Positions 30,387 through 40,222 of a stretch of DNA of 64,000 nucleotides are shown here, piece by piece (position 1 is the first letter of the stretch; each line of letters starts with the position of its first letter). Source of the stretch: a candidate division WOR-3 bacterium (GTDB lineage Bacteria > Hydrothermota > Tepidihabitantia > Tepidihabitantales > Tepidihabitantaceae); NCBI GenBank assembly GCA_965649225.1, contig CBFGJX010000001.1, forward strand, positions 64,001 through 128,000, written 5' to 3'. The position numbers were made by a program, and so were the translations under genes. Below the pieces are notes generated by a model that saw nothing but the letters and a program-made list of their open reading frames with translations, searched no databases and was not told where the DNA came from.

Positions 30387-31768
30387 ACCGGTTGCGCCAG
30401 ATTCTGTCGGTGGCAACGATGATTGCCGGTGACATTCTCGCGCTGCTGGTCAGTTACGCCGTCGCCTATCTCATCCGCAACCACGTCCTCAGCGGGCTTT
30501 TTGCCATTCTCCCCGAACCGTTGTCAATCGCCACCCTGACCAGCCGCCTGTACCTGCTGGCAATCTACCCGCTCGTATTCGCCTACGAGGGACTGTACAC
30601 CAAGCGGCTGACTGCCTGGGAAGAAGCCCGGCGCTGTCTGCGCGGAGTCGTTGTCGCCACCGCCTTCGTTTTGATACTGCTGTTCCTCTGGCGCTTCTGG
30701 GTCGTGTCGCGGTTTGTGCTGTTCCTGTCAATGCTGCTGGGCATGGTGCTGATTCCAATCACCCGCGCCGTTGTCCGCCGCCTGCTGGTACGCTCCGGCC
30801 TTGCCCTGCGGCCACTGGTGATTCTGGGCAACGGGTCGATGCCCTCCCGACTGGAAACGGAACTCAATCGTCACTGGACCCAGGGCTACCGCGTAGTTGA
30901 ACGCATTTCCGCCATCCCGCCGGGCACCAGCGCGGCTTCAGTGCTGGACTCGATTCGCCATCGCGACGCAACCGTCGTGATTGTCGCCGGTTCTTTTCCG
31001 CCCGAAAAGCTCAAAGAACTGTTCACCGCCGCCGAAAGCCGGTTCGGCGAGGTACTGGCCATTCCCGATGAATCGCTGCTGCACAACACTGCCGCCGAAG
31101 TTGAAAACCTGGGCACGCTGGTCGTCATCAAGTACCGCCATAACCTGCTCCGACCAGTCAACCGCTGGACCAAACGCATCATCGAACTGGTGCTGTGTCT
31201 GCTCCTGATCATCCTGTTGGCACCGCTGCTGTTACTCATCGCCGTTCTGGTGCGGTTGACGTCACCGGGTCCGGCGCTGTTTCAGCAGGTGCGGGTCGGG
31301 CGCTGGCGCCGGCCATTCCGCTGTCTGAAGTTCCGCACCATGTACACCGACGCCGAACAACGGCTGCCGGAAATCCTCTCCCGCGACCCGGCAGCGCGCG
31401 CCGAATGGGAACGCTATGCCCGCATCACCGCTGACCCGCGGGTGACCGGCATTGGCCGCATCCTGCGCCGCTTCAGCCTCGACGAACTGCCCCAGCTGTT
31501 CAACGTTCTCCGGGGCGAAATGGCGCTGGTTGGCCCCCGGCCCTATCTTCCCAGTGAACTCGACCGGGTCGGGCCCGGTATCGACACCATTACTCGGGTT
31601 CGACCGGGCATGACCGGTCTCTGGCAGGTATCGGGCCGGGCTGAACTGCCTTTCACTGAACGGGTGCTGCTCGACGAGTACTACATCCGTAACTGGTCGC
31701 TTTGGATGGATTTTTCCATCCTGCTGCGCACGGTTCGCGCCGTACTTGGCGCCCGGGGCGCCTACTGA
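30377..31768 (+). CDS. undecaprenyl-phosphate hexose-1-phosphate transferase (WbaP/WcaJ family)
   Basis: N-terminal TMs, [32 protein letters not shown]. Confidence 0.92.
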   Translation: MPVNRLRQILSVATMIAGDILALLVSYAVAYLIRNHVLSGLFAILPEPLSIATLTSRLYLLAIYPLVFAYEGLYTKRLTAWEEARRCLRGVVVATAFVLILLFLWRFWVVSRFVLFLSMLLGMVLIPITRAVVRRLLVRSGLALRPLVILGNGSMPSRLETELNRHWTQGYRVVERISAIPPGTSAASVLDSIRHRDATVVIVAGSFPPEKLKELFTAAESRFGEVLAIPDESLLHNTAAEVENLGTLVVIKYRHNLLRPVNRWTKRIIELVLCLLLIILLAPLLLLIAVLVRLTSPGPALFQQVRVGRWRRPFRCLKFRTMYTDAEQRLPEILSRDPAARAEWERYARITADPRVTGIGRILRRFSLDELPQLFNVLRGEMALVGPRPYLPSELDRVGPGIDTITRVRPGMTGLWQVSGRAELPFTERVLLDEYYIRNWSLWMDFSILLRTVRAVLGARGAY

Positions 31769-31841
31769 GGTGTTTTTGACTTTCGCTTTCGGAATCAGTA
31801 GCATGACAGGTGGCCGACAAGCAGCCGGTTGAGAACAGCCA

Positions 31842-33962
31842 ATGATGACACTGCCACTGCTCCTGGTCGCAGGTCTTGGCGCCTGGCAGTCCTACACCAA
31901 CACCAACTTTGTAACCGGCCTGGCCGGCCGCGACTCGGCAATCTGGTGCGCAACACTGGGCGGTGTTGCCCAGCTCGTCAGCCAGCCGGAACCGCGAACA
32001 GTCCGAACCATTACCAACACCGAGGGATTGAGTGCCAACCGCTGCCTGTGCATCGCCCTTGACCGCGACGGCAACGGCTGGGTCGGCACCCAGAGTGGCG
32101 GACTGGCCGTAGTCATTGCCGACAGCGGCCGAGCCCGGCCCTGGCGACCAAATGACCTGGCGACAACCGTCCGGGCACTGGCCTGGCACGGCGACCGCCT
32201 GCTTGTTGCCACACCCCAGGGGCTTTATGTCATTGACACTCGCGGCACGCTGCTTGACTTCAGTGACGACGACATCCGCCGCTTCTCGGTCACCCGCGTA
32301 CCGGAACTGCTGAGCGACATGGTCCTGTCACTTGCCGTCCACGACGGCTATTGGATCGGTACCAACCGCGGCCTGACCCGGGTGGACACAACGCTGTCAG
32401 TCTGGCGCTCCTGGCGGGCGCCGCTGGGCGACTCAGTCAGCGCAATCGCCGCCTGGCGTGACAGTCTGCTGGTCGGCACCGAACTGGGCGTTGTCCTGCT
32501 GGACTCAACCGGATTTCGTACCGTGCTCAGTTTCAACCGCGCCACTCGGCTTTTCTCAATCGTCACCTCCCTCTCGTCAATCTATGTCGCAACCGAAGCC
32601 GGTCTTTATGAAGCCGACCGGCCGGTGAGCTGGCGGTTTCAGCGTGTACTTGAACTCGATGTCCGTTCGGTCTACATTGGCCGGGAAATCTGGGTCGGTT
32701 GTGGCGGCAACGAACGCTCGGGCAACGGCCTGCGCTATCTGGTCTCCGGCCAGTCCTGGTCTCCGTACAGCCACCCGGCAATCCAGAGCGGTGAGATTTC
32801 CGACTGCGCGGTCGGACCGCGCGGCGACATCCTGCTTACCCACACCAGCCAGGCCATCAGCTGGATAACCCCGGACCGCAACTTCTGGGCTCTGTTCAGC
32901 ATCCTGCCGGTGCCGCGTCAGGTCAGAGTGGATTCCCGCGGCCGCTTCTGGTTCGCCCACTTTGCTTTTGACGGCGGGCTGGCCTGGTACGACCCGGCAA
33001 CCGGCGAGTGGGAAAGCTATCAGTGGGGACCGACATCAGCACGCAATATCATCACCGCTTTTGGCATTGACCGCCACGACACGAAATGGATGTTCAACGG
33101 CGGCACCGTAATCATCGCACTTGACTCGGCCGGCGAACAGGAAGTTTTCGAAATCCCCGGCCTCGCCAACACCCCTGGCGGCGGTTATGAGTTTGCCTTT
33201 GACGATTCCGGTCGGGCGTGGGTTGGGCTGACCGTTGGACTGGTGATGGTTGACTACAACAACACCCTGCACGACCGTTCCGACGACCGCTTCGCAATCT
33301 ATTCGGCCGGCCTGCCGACGGCCGAGGTACGTTCGGTCGCGGTTGACCAGGGTGGCGGCGTCTGGTGCGCAACCGGCCAGTGTGTCGCCCGCTGGGACGG
33401 CCGGCAGTTCCGGGTGTTCACCACTGCCAACAGCGGCCTGCTCTCCGATAACAACTACCGGGTCCGGGTCGATGCCTCCAACCGGGTCTGGATACTGAGT
33501 GATGCCGGGCTGTCAATCTTCGACCAGATCCGCAACACCTGGCAGAACTACACTCCTCAGAACAGTGGCCTGATTGCCAATATCCTCGCCACCCGCGGCT
33601 TCTATTCCAGCATCGCGCTCCAGGACAGCATCGGCACCGCACTGGTTGGCACCGGTGCCGGCCTGTCAGTATTCAGCTTCGCCCTGCCGCCGCTCAGCGA
33701 AGCCTCCGGTATGCGAGTCTATCCCAATCCCTGCATCCTCGGCCGTCACGGCGGCATCGTCATCGACAGCCTCCCGGACGACGCAGTTCGGCTGGAAATC
33801 CGAACACTCACCGGTCGAGCGATTGGCCGGCTGAAAATCAACCACGCCCTGCATCAGGCGGCGTGGAATCCGCCCGAAAACACACCGAGCGGCATCTACC
33901 TTGTAATGCTGGAAACCCCGCGCGGCATCAGGGTCGAACGCGTGGCGCTGGTCAGGCCCTAG
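31842..33962 (+). CDS. PorZ-like double beta-propeller protein with T9SS-type C-terminal domain
   Basis: Signal peptide, Reg_prop-like repeats (W.GT.GL), C-terminal VYPNP...G...W...SGIYLV. Confidence 0.75.
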   Translation: MMTLPLLLVAGLGAWQSYTNTNFVTGLAGRDSAIWCATLGGVAQLVSQPEPRTVRTITNTEGLSANRCLCIALDRDGNGWVGTQSGGLAVVIADSGRARPWRPNDLATTVRALAWHGDRLLVATPQGLYVIDTRGTLLDFSDDDIRRFSVTRVPELLSDMVLSLAVHDGYWIGTNRGLTRVDTTLSVWRSWRAPLGDSVSAIAAWRDSLLVGTELGVVLLDSTGFRTVLSFNRATRLFSIVTSLSSIYVATEAGLYEADRPVSWRFQRVLELDVRSVYIGREIWVGCGGNERSGNGLRYLVSGQSWSPYSHPAIQSGEISDCAVGPRGDILLTHTSQAISWITPDRNFWALFSILPVPRQVRVDSRGRFWFAHFAFDGGLAWYDPATGEWESYQWGPTSARNIITAFGIDRHDTKWMFNGGTVIIALDSAGEQEVFEIPGLANTPGGGYEFAFDDSGRAWVGLTVGLVMVDYNNTLHDRSDDRFAIYSAGLPTAEVRSVAVDQGGGVWCATGQCVARWDGRQFRVFTTANSGLLSDNNYRVRVDASNRVWILSDAGLSIFDQIRNTWQNYTPQNSGLIANILATRGFYSSIALQDSIGTALVGTGAGLSVFSFALPPLSEASGMRVYPNPCILGRHGGIVIDSLPDDAVRLEIRTLTGRAIGRLKINHALHQAAWNPPENTPSGIYLVMLETPRGIRVERVALVRP

Positions 33963-33970
33963 CAGGCCAA

Positions 33971-34132
33971 TCAGCGCTTGCGGCGCGGCTGGTGGCCGGC
34001 CGGTCGCACGTCGTCTTCCTCAGTTTCCTCCATGCACGACTCAAAGTAACGGCACTCCGGACAGCAGTCATCATCGCGGACTTTGCCCTTGGCCAGACAG
34101 TGATCGTAGCCAGAGCAAGCACGACAGCACAT
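33971..34132 (-). CDS. 53-aa Cys-rich protein with two CC-x2-C-x5-C repeats (absent from the ORF track)
   Basis: AAGGAGG RBS (34148-34142), then MCCRACSGYDHCLAKGKVRDDDCCPECRYFESCMEETEEDDVRPAGHQPRRKR*. Confidence 0.8.
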   Translation of the reverse strand: MCCRACSGYDHCLAKGKVRDDDCCPECRYFESCMEETEEDDVRPAGHQPRRKR

Positions 34133-34177
34133 TGACGCAGACCTCCTTTTGATTGCTATTGAACACCATTGTCGGTA

Positions 34178-35017
34178 TCAGCCTGCCGACCGGCGCGCCA
34201 GCAGCAGCACCAGCTCGCGCACCAGCTCAGCGGTCACTACTGCACCCACTCCGGGTTGGTGACCACGCGGACAAAACTCGACGATGTCGGCACCGACGAC
34301 CGTGGCACTGCCGAACAGCGCCAGTGCCTCCGCCAGCTCCCGGAAACTGCAGCCACCCGGCTGCGGCGTCTGTACCTCGGGCATGAACGCCGGGTCAATC
34401 ACATCCAAATCCAGCGTTAGATAAACCGGCCGCGCGCCCAGTTGCCGGACGACCGTCTGCACCGGCTTCAGGACGTCGAAAGGATAGAGATTTGGCGCAG
34501 TCAGCTCGTCCGCGCCGGCAAACGAACGAATCCCAAGCTGGAAAAGCCGCTCACGTGGAACAACATCCAGTACCCGCCGCATCGCCGTGGCATGGCATTC
34601 CCGTTCGCCCAGAAACTCATCGCGCAGATCGGAATGAGCATCGAACTGGACCACACACAGTTCGGGACAGGCGCTGAGCATCGCCCGGACAATCGGCGGC
34701 GTGATGCTGTGTTCGCCACCGATGGCCAGAAGCCGCCGTCCCTGCTCCAGCCAGCTCTGGGCCGTTTGCTCGATCAGCTCCAGTGGCGCCCGCGGAGCAG
34801 CAAACTCGAACGTCAGATTGCCGGCATCAAATACCGGTACGGTACTGACGTCCCGGCGCTGATACGGACTGAAACTTTCAATATTGTCGGCACCGATCCG
34901 GGCAAAATCCGGACCGAAACGGGTGCCGGGAGAAAAAGAACTGGTGCGGTCTAACGGCATGCCCAGCAGCACGACATCCGCCGACCGCTCATCGGCAGTT
35001 GCGTAGTAAAACGCCAT
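34178..35017 (-). CDS. speB: agmatinase
   Basis: PGTRFGP, GGEHS, DAHSDL, DLDVIDP, GADIVE. Start reassigned to ATG 35017, downstream of a -10 TATGCT. Confidence 0.9.
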   Translation of the reverse strand: MAFYYATADERSADVVLLGMPLDRTSSFSPGTRFGPDFARIGADNIESFSPYQRRDVSTVPVFDAGNLTFEFAAPRAPLELIEQTAQSWLEQGRRLLAIGGEHSITPPIVRAMLSACPELCVVQFDAHSDLRDEFLGERECHATAMRRVLDVVPRERLFQLGIRSFAGADELTAPNLYPFDVLKPVQTVVRQLGARPVYLTLDLDVIDPAFMPEVQTPQPGGCSFRELAEALALFGSATVVGADIVEFCPRGHQPGVGAVVTAELVRELVLLLARRSAG

Positions 35018-35027
35018 CGGCCGTACC

Positions 35028-35101
35028 AGCATAGCCGGCGGTTGTGGCCAGTCAAGCGCCCGTGGCCGGAAAGTTGACAAGCCCCGGACAGCGACTACCG
35101 T
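35028..35101. promoter_or_regulatory. divergent promoters of speB and lpxB
   Basis: Minus strand: TTGACT (35055-35050), 16 nt, TATGCT (35033-35028). Plus strand: TTGACA (35074-35079), 16 nt, TACCGT (35096-35101). Confidence 0.55.
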
Positions 35102-35108
35102 CAGGCAA

Positions 35109-36245
35109 TTGCGGATTCTGATATCGGCGGCAGAACCTTCGGCTGAGCTCCTCGGCCAACTGCTCAGTCGTGCGATTACTGACCGTATCGCCACGGCCCG
35201 GTTCGAAAGACCGTTGCTCACCCGACCGAACGTAATTGGATTCATTGAAGGCGCTGCCGCCGCGCTCAATCTGCGCCGAGACCTGATTCGCACCGGTCGG
35301 GCAATTCGCCACGCCAGACCCGACCTGGTCATTCTGATTGCCTATCCCGGGTTCAATCTCCCCCTCGGTCGCCACTGTCGCCGGCTTGGCATTCCTGTCC
35401 TTTGGCTTGCCCCACCGCAAATCTGGGCTTGGGGCCGCCGCCGCGCCATGCTGCTGCGCCGCGCCGCCGATGAAGTTGTCTGCCTGTTCGGTTTCGAACT
35501 GCCGCTGCTTCGTGCTGCCGGTGTTTCAGCCCACTATTTCGGCTGGCCGCTGCTGGACTATGTCAGCGCCCGGCTGAAAACCGACCCGGCCGCCGATCCG
35601 CCCGGCGGCATCGCCTTTCTGCCCGGTTCACGGCCTGCCGAACAACGCTGGCACATACCGTTTTTTGAGCAAGTGATGGCCCAGATTCGTACCCGGCGGC
35701 CTGACATCACCGGCACCATCTCACTGCCTGCCGGCTGCCAATGTTCAGCATCGCTACGGCCGGCCGCCGGCAGCCAGTACGCCCTGATGCGCGACGCCGA
35801 TTGCGTCGCCCTCGCATCAGGAACCGCAACTCTTGAAGCAACTGTTGCCGGCACGCCGATGGTGGTCAGCTATCACCTGCCCCGACTTTCGCATCTTATT
35901 GCGCACCGCCTTGTCCACACCCGCTGGTTTGCCCTCCCCAACATCATTGCCCGTGCGCCAGTTGTGCCGGAAATGCTCAACCCGAAGCCGCAGGACACCG
36001 CTGCGGCAATTCTGCGGCTCCTCGCCGACCGTGCGGCAGCAAAAGCCAGGCTGAAAAAAGTGACAGCGCTGCTCGGCCCGAGCCGGGCAATCGATTCAAT
36101 CGCCGATCTGGCAGTGCAGCTGGCGCGCCGGCCGAAGGTCAGCGCACCGGTGCCGGCTTCAGGCTCACGAACCGGGCGGAGACCTCCGCCCCGAGCCACA
36201 GCCCTCAACAGGCCGAACTGCCCGAACCGAACGACTCCAGCGTAA
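35109..36245 (+). CDS. lpxB: lipid-A-disaccharide synthase
   Basis: PGFNL, PQIWAW, LPGSR, SGTATLE, PMVVSY, LPNII. The N-terminus is divergent and the tail overlaps the convergent gene. Confidence 0.85.
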   Translation: MRILISAAEPSAELLGQLLSRAITDRIATARFERPLLTRPNVIGFIEGAAAALNLRRDLIRTGRAIRHARPDLVILIAYPGFNLPLGRHCRRLGIPVLWLAPPQIWAWGRRRAMLLRRAADEVVCLFGFELPLLRAAGVSAHYFGWPLLDYVSARLKTDPAADPPGGIAFLPGSRPAEQRWHIPFFEQVMAQIRTRRPDITGTISLPAGCQCSASLRPAAGSQYALMRDADCVALASGTATLEATVAGTPMVVSYHLPRLSHLIAHRLVHTRWFALPNIIARAPVVPEMLNPKPQDTAAAILRLLADRAAAKARLKKVTALLGPSRAIDSIADLAVQLARRPKVSAPVPASGSRTGRRPPPRATALNRPNCPNRTTPA

Positions 36246-36765
36246 CCCGAACCCGGGCCACCTGCCCCGGCACGACACCCTTCAGATTCTGGCGCAGCTC
36301 TTGTTTGAGATTGATTCGCAGGTCACTGAAAGTATCGCCGGCAACGGCAATCAGATGAACCTTAGGCCCGGCCTGCCAGGGTTTCGCTCCCGAAAGCCGA
36401 TACCAGCGCGTCTCACCCAGTCGCTGGCCCGATTTGTCCAGATAGCTCAGCACCAGCGCAGCATAGGCATGATAGGACGGATTGTTGGTTTCCGCCTTGA
36501 ACTTGGCCCGAGCCGAGAAATCAAAATCCAATCCGGTCAGTGCCACTTCCTGCTCCAGCCGGGCGTGGCCGCACATCGTCTTGCGCACCCGCACTCCGCC
36601 ATCCCGGTCCAGACCAACGAAACTGGAGCCGACGATATCGCGCACCGAGCGCTGCCAGCCCGAGTCGAGCGGCAAACGAAAATCACCGTTCACCAGCGGT
36701 GAAACCGGCAACGCCGCAGCCGGAACCATCGCAGCAAACAGCAGAAGAAAACAAAAACCCTTCAT
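36139..36765 (-). CDS. putative secreted selenoprotein, CBM-like jelly-roll domain, C-U motif (Sec187, UGA at 36207-36205)
   Basis: Signal peptide and NGDF..GW start of the domain. Read-through gives ..GSSAC-U-GLWLGAEVSARFVSLKPAPVR*, which aligns without gaps to the paralog at 62155. A SECIS-like hairpin follows. Confidence 0.75.
36162..36204 (-). promoter_or_regulatory. bacterial SECIS-like element
   Basis: UGA, then 20 nt to a GGUC loop closed by GGGCGGA/UCCGCCC; lower GGCUC/GAGCC pairing; contains AGGUCU as in the E. coli fdhF SECIS apex. Confidence 0.75.
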
Positions 36766-36885
36766 GATAAATCCATCATAGCCGCCGGATCGGGTCGAGT
36801 CAAAAGCCGATTCGGTGCAAACATCGCCGGTTGAACAACTCTCTGCCGCTTTGGCCGCTGCAGTCATGGCGCTGCATCGGCCGGC

Positions 36886-37980
36886 TCAACTGCCGAAGCG
36901 GCAGTCGTTGCGCTGAAGCCACCTCTGCACGAGCTCACCGATGCGCAGAAACACCTCTGAATCAAGCCCGCGGGCGCGAAACTTCTCGCCCTGCTCATCC
37001 ACCAGCTTCTGCCGGGCTGATGTTGCCTCAGCCGTATGGCCCAGGATATGCCACCAGGTTGCAACGGCAGCGCGGGAACACCGGCGCACCCTCTCAGCCA
37101 CTCCCGCTGCCGCCAGCAGCCGGTCTGCAACCCCCGCCAGCTCCTCGATTGCCTTCCAGCGCCGCAAGCTTTCAGCATCAGCCTGCCCAGCAGCCTCACG
37201 GACGCACCGACGCTCAGCCCTTTCCACCTGTTTTCGGTCAAGCAGCTCTGCGGCTTCCGCCGCGCCGGGCAGACGGTCAAGCTCACCCGACTGTTCGAGA
37301 CCGGCGAAGAGCTCCCATACTGCTGCTCGCACCGCGGCCCGCTGTTCGTCGGTCCCCACGGCCCCATATCGGCGTTCGACCGCTTCAAGCCCTCCAGCAC
37401 GAACGCCTCGTCGCCGGTTCCGCGCCCGGTTCAGTGCTCCCCAAACCGCCCGGCCATAAGCGCACAACTGGCCAAACTCGACCAGCCCCAGCCCGAACCG
37501 GCTTACCGTATCGTGCAGGCAGGTCTCCAGCCGTTCACACAGGATCAGCGAACGGGCAGTACGGCGCAGCCGCTCGAACCGCTCGTCGGCCGATGTCTTT
37601 TCGTCATCGGCAACCCGGCTCTTTGCCGCATAACGCATGAACTTCAACCCCGCTTCCGGCGGCAGGGTCTCGGCCAGCTTCGCGGCAGCGGCCCTGACCC
37701 GCTCGCTCGCGATTGTCGGCTGCGAAGTGTAAGCGTCCAGAACCGGTGCAAGGTCGGCGAAACTCGCTCCGCAGGCACGCAGGTAGTCGGCGACAAAACC
37801 AAAAGTCGGCTGCGTCGCCCGGCCGGTCTCCAGCCGGCTGACTGCAACGTGGCCGGTGCTGCCCCGGCCACCCATTGCCTCGGCAACCTGTGCCTGTGTC
37901 AGCCCGGCCCGACGGCGCAACTCCCGCAGTGCCGCCCCCATCTCCCGGCTCCAGCGAAAAGTACCCTGATGTCGGCTCAT
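36886..37980 (-). CDS. XRE-family HTH domain protein with long helical C-terminus
   Basis: LRELRRRAGLTQAQVAEAMG...VSRLETGRATQP. Confidence 0.8.
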   Translation of the reverse strand: MSRHQGTFRWSREMGAALRELRRRAGLTQAQVAEAMGGRGSTGHVAVSRLETGRATQPTFGFVADYLRACGASFADLAPVLDAYTSQPTIASERVRAAAAKLAETLPPEAGLKFMRYAAKSRVADDEKTSADERFERLRRTARSLILCERLETCLHDTVSRFGLGLVEFGQLCAYGRAVWGALNRARNRRRGVRAGGLEAVERRYGAVGTDEQRAAVRAAVWELFAGLEQSGELDRLPGAAEAAELLDRKQVERAERRCVREAAGQADAESLRRWKAIEELAGVADRLLAAAGVAERVRRCSRAAVATWWHILGHTAEATSARQKLVDEQGEKFRARGLDSEVFLRIGELVQRWLQRNDCRFGS

Positions 37981-38438
37981 TTGAAGGTTCTGACCTTTTG
38001 ACTTTAGCCTACCAGACTAAATCGGGCAGCGCAATGGTGGCAAGAATAACTTTTCATTGGAATCGAAGTTATACCGCTGAACCGAAAATCACCCCGGTCG
38101 CCTCCCCCGCGGTCAGGTACGAACTTTTGCAGAACGACACCCCGGCCACACGAGCCGAACCCGGCAACAGCATCCGAAATGACCTTCTGACGACTCTTGT
38201 GTCGGATAACTTTGCCGGTGTCTGTGTCAGTCTGTTGTCAGGCACCGATTCCAATCCAGCGACCAGACCGGTATCCAGTCGGCCGGTTGACCCCAGGCCC
38301 AAACTCATTACAGTTGACACAGTGAGAAATCCCATCGCACCGCCAAGTCGGGAAATCGCTTGACCGGGTTCTGCCACCGGGCTGAACGGAGACAAGCTGC
38401 GCCCGACACTTCTGGGCCCTGAACCGAACCGCCCGCCC

Positions 38439-38840
38439 CTGGTCGGACCGGTAGCCAAGTTCCTGCTGCGCTGGCTTGTCGGCACGCTCGTGACACTCGG
38501 GGCTTGGCGACTGGGTATGGTGATAGTCCCGCCCCACTCAGTACCGGCGTTCATCGCCGCGGCCACTATCTTCGGGTTGGCGAACGCGCTGATGCGGCCC
38601 ATCGCCAACATCATCGTCGAACGGACCTGGCTGCCGCTGGTTGTCATCGCCCAGATTGCCGTCGGGTCCTTGCTGATGCAGGGCCTGGCCTGGCTTGCCC
38701 GCACGGTCGCGCACGCCGGCTTCAGTTTCCCGGCCGGGTTCTACAACGGGTCGCGCTCGCTGTTCCTGCTCTGCACCGCTGTCGTGTTCGCGAACTACAT
38801 CCTTGCCGGCCTGCTGCGGGACCCGGACCCGCTGAGCTGA
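38439..38840 (+). CDS. 4-TM membrane protein, YvlD/phage-holin-4-like (start uncertain)
   Basis: FLLRWLV lies in frame upstream of GTG 38490, followed by AATIFGLANALMRP...LPL. Confidence 0.5.
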   Translation: MVGPVAKFLLRWLVGTLVTLGAWRLGMVIVPPHSVPAFIAAATIFGLANALMRPIANIIVERTWLPLVVIAQIAVGSLLMQGLAWLARTVAHAGFSFPAGFYNGSRSLFLLCTAVVFANYILAGLLRDPDPLS

Positions 38841-38875
38841 GCGCCGCGGTCCAGCGCGGCCCGACCTTTCCCCGT

Positions 38876-40213
38876 TTACCGCACCACAATTAACCTGTCA
38901 AGCCGGCCCTTGGCCTCCGGTTCCGGGCTGCTGACGAAGTACACGCCCGGCGCCAGCCCGCTCACGTTATTCGCACCCGGCTGCAACTCAAGCACGTGCC
39001 GGCCGCAGGCGTCAAGCAGCTCCCGTCGCAGGCCATCGGCCGTCTGCGTGAGACGCAGGACGCCACGCGCGACCGTCGGGGTTGGCGTGACAAGTCCGGC
39101 GCGCGATGCGCCACGTCGCTCCCGAACAGCCACTGCATTCGTGTCACGGATGACCGACACGCTCGAATCGCCACTGTTGGCGACGTAGACACGGTTCCAT
39201 GTCGGGTTGTGGGCCAGAGCACACGGCCGCTCACCGACCCCGACCGTCGCGACGACGCCGGCAGACGCACAGTCGATAACCGTGACGTCGTCGCTGCCGT
39301 AGTTGGCGCAGTAGATTCGGTGGTTGACGGCGTCGTGACAGACCGCCCAGGGCTTGATACCCGCCGGCACGGTCGCAAGCACCGAATCCCCGGCACCGTC
39401 GATGACCGCCACGTTTCCGTCGTACTCGTTGGCACAGAATACACGGTTCAGGTCCGGACAGCAGCAGGCGGCGATTGCGTAATCACCGACGGTGAGATTG
39501 CTGATCAGGCCATTTGTCGCAGCGTCGATTATGGTGACGTTCTTGCCCAAATGGTTCACGCAGTACACCTTGTTCGCGGTCGGGTTGTAGCAAACGTCCC
39601 ATGGATGGTCGCCGGCGCGCAGGGTGGCGACGACCGAATCCCCGGTGCCGTCGATGACCGTGATGTCGTCGCTTTCCATGTTTGCGGCGTAGATACGGTT
39701 ATCGCGCGAGTCGAAGCAGAAGGCCCAAGGGTTAACACCCGTGCTGATCGTGGCGACGGCAGTGTCGGTCGCACCATCAATTACCGTGACGTTATCGGTG
39801 ACGAAATTAGCACAGTAGACCTTGTCTTCCAGCCGGTTGTAGGCCAGCGCGTACGGATACTGCCCGCACTGTACCTGCGCAACGACCGCTCCCGTCGCCC
39901 CGTTGGCCACAACTACCAGGTCACCGAAGTAATCGGCGCAGTACACCTTGTCCCGCTGCGGGTTGTGACAGATGTCATACACGGTCGAACCGGCCGGGAT
40001 GCGACCGACGATGCGGTTCGACGCTCCGTCGATGACCAGCACACCATTACCTTCCTCACCCCCGACATACACCAGGTTGTCGGTCTCGTTCCAGACCAGG
40101 CACCGAGGTACCGCCACCCGGCCTAGCGAATTGGACAAGCCGATGGTCGCTTCGAGGAACTGCCCCGCGGCCAGACCCGCGAGAACTGCCACCGCCAGCA
40201 CTCTGTGCCCCAT
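38876..40213 (-). CDS. YncE/YVTN beta-propeller protein with T9SS-like C-terminal domain
   Basis: Signal peptide; about 8 repeats of 'NKVYCAN..D.VTVID..VATxxxG..P'; C-terminal LLDACGR..LAPGVYFV. Confidence 0.85.
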   Translation of the reverse strand: MGHRVLAVAVLAGLAAGQFLEATIGLSNSLGRVAVPRCLVWNETDNLVYVGGEEGNGVLVIDGASNRIVGRIPAGSTVYDICHNPQRDKVYCADYFGDLVVVANGATGAVVAQVQCGQYPYALAYNRLEDKVYCANFVTDNVTVIDGATDTAVATISTGVNPWAFCFDSRDNRIYAANMESDDITVIDGTGDSVVATLRAGDHPWDVCYNPTANKVYCVNHLGKNVTIIDAATNGLISNLTVGDYAIAACCCPDLNRVFCANEYDGNVAVIDGAGDSVLATVPAGIKPWAVCHDAVNHRIYCANYGSDDVTVIDCASAGVVATVGVGERPCALAHNPTWNRVYVANSGDSSVSVIRDTNAVAVRERRGASRAGLVTPTPTVARGVLRLTQTADGLRRELLDACGRHVLELQPGANNVSGLAPGVYFVSSPEPEAKGRLDRLIVVR

Positions 40214-40222
40214 CGTCAGCTC

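Noticed and set aside
37875..38840. In-frame TGA at 38361 joining ORF 37875-38363 to the holin-like ORF (possible third Sec site)
   Set aside because: The upstream ORF looks non-coding and overlaps the XRE gene; there is no nearby Cys and no GGUC-loop hairpin after the TGA.
36886..38840. Prophage remnant suggested by the XRE regulator and holin-like protein
   Set aside because: No integrase, structural or lysis genes; both families are common in chromosomes.
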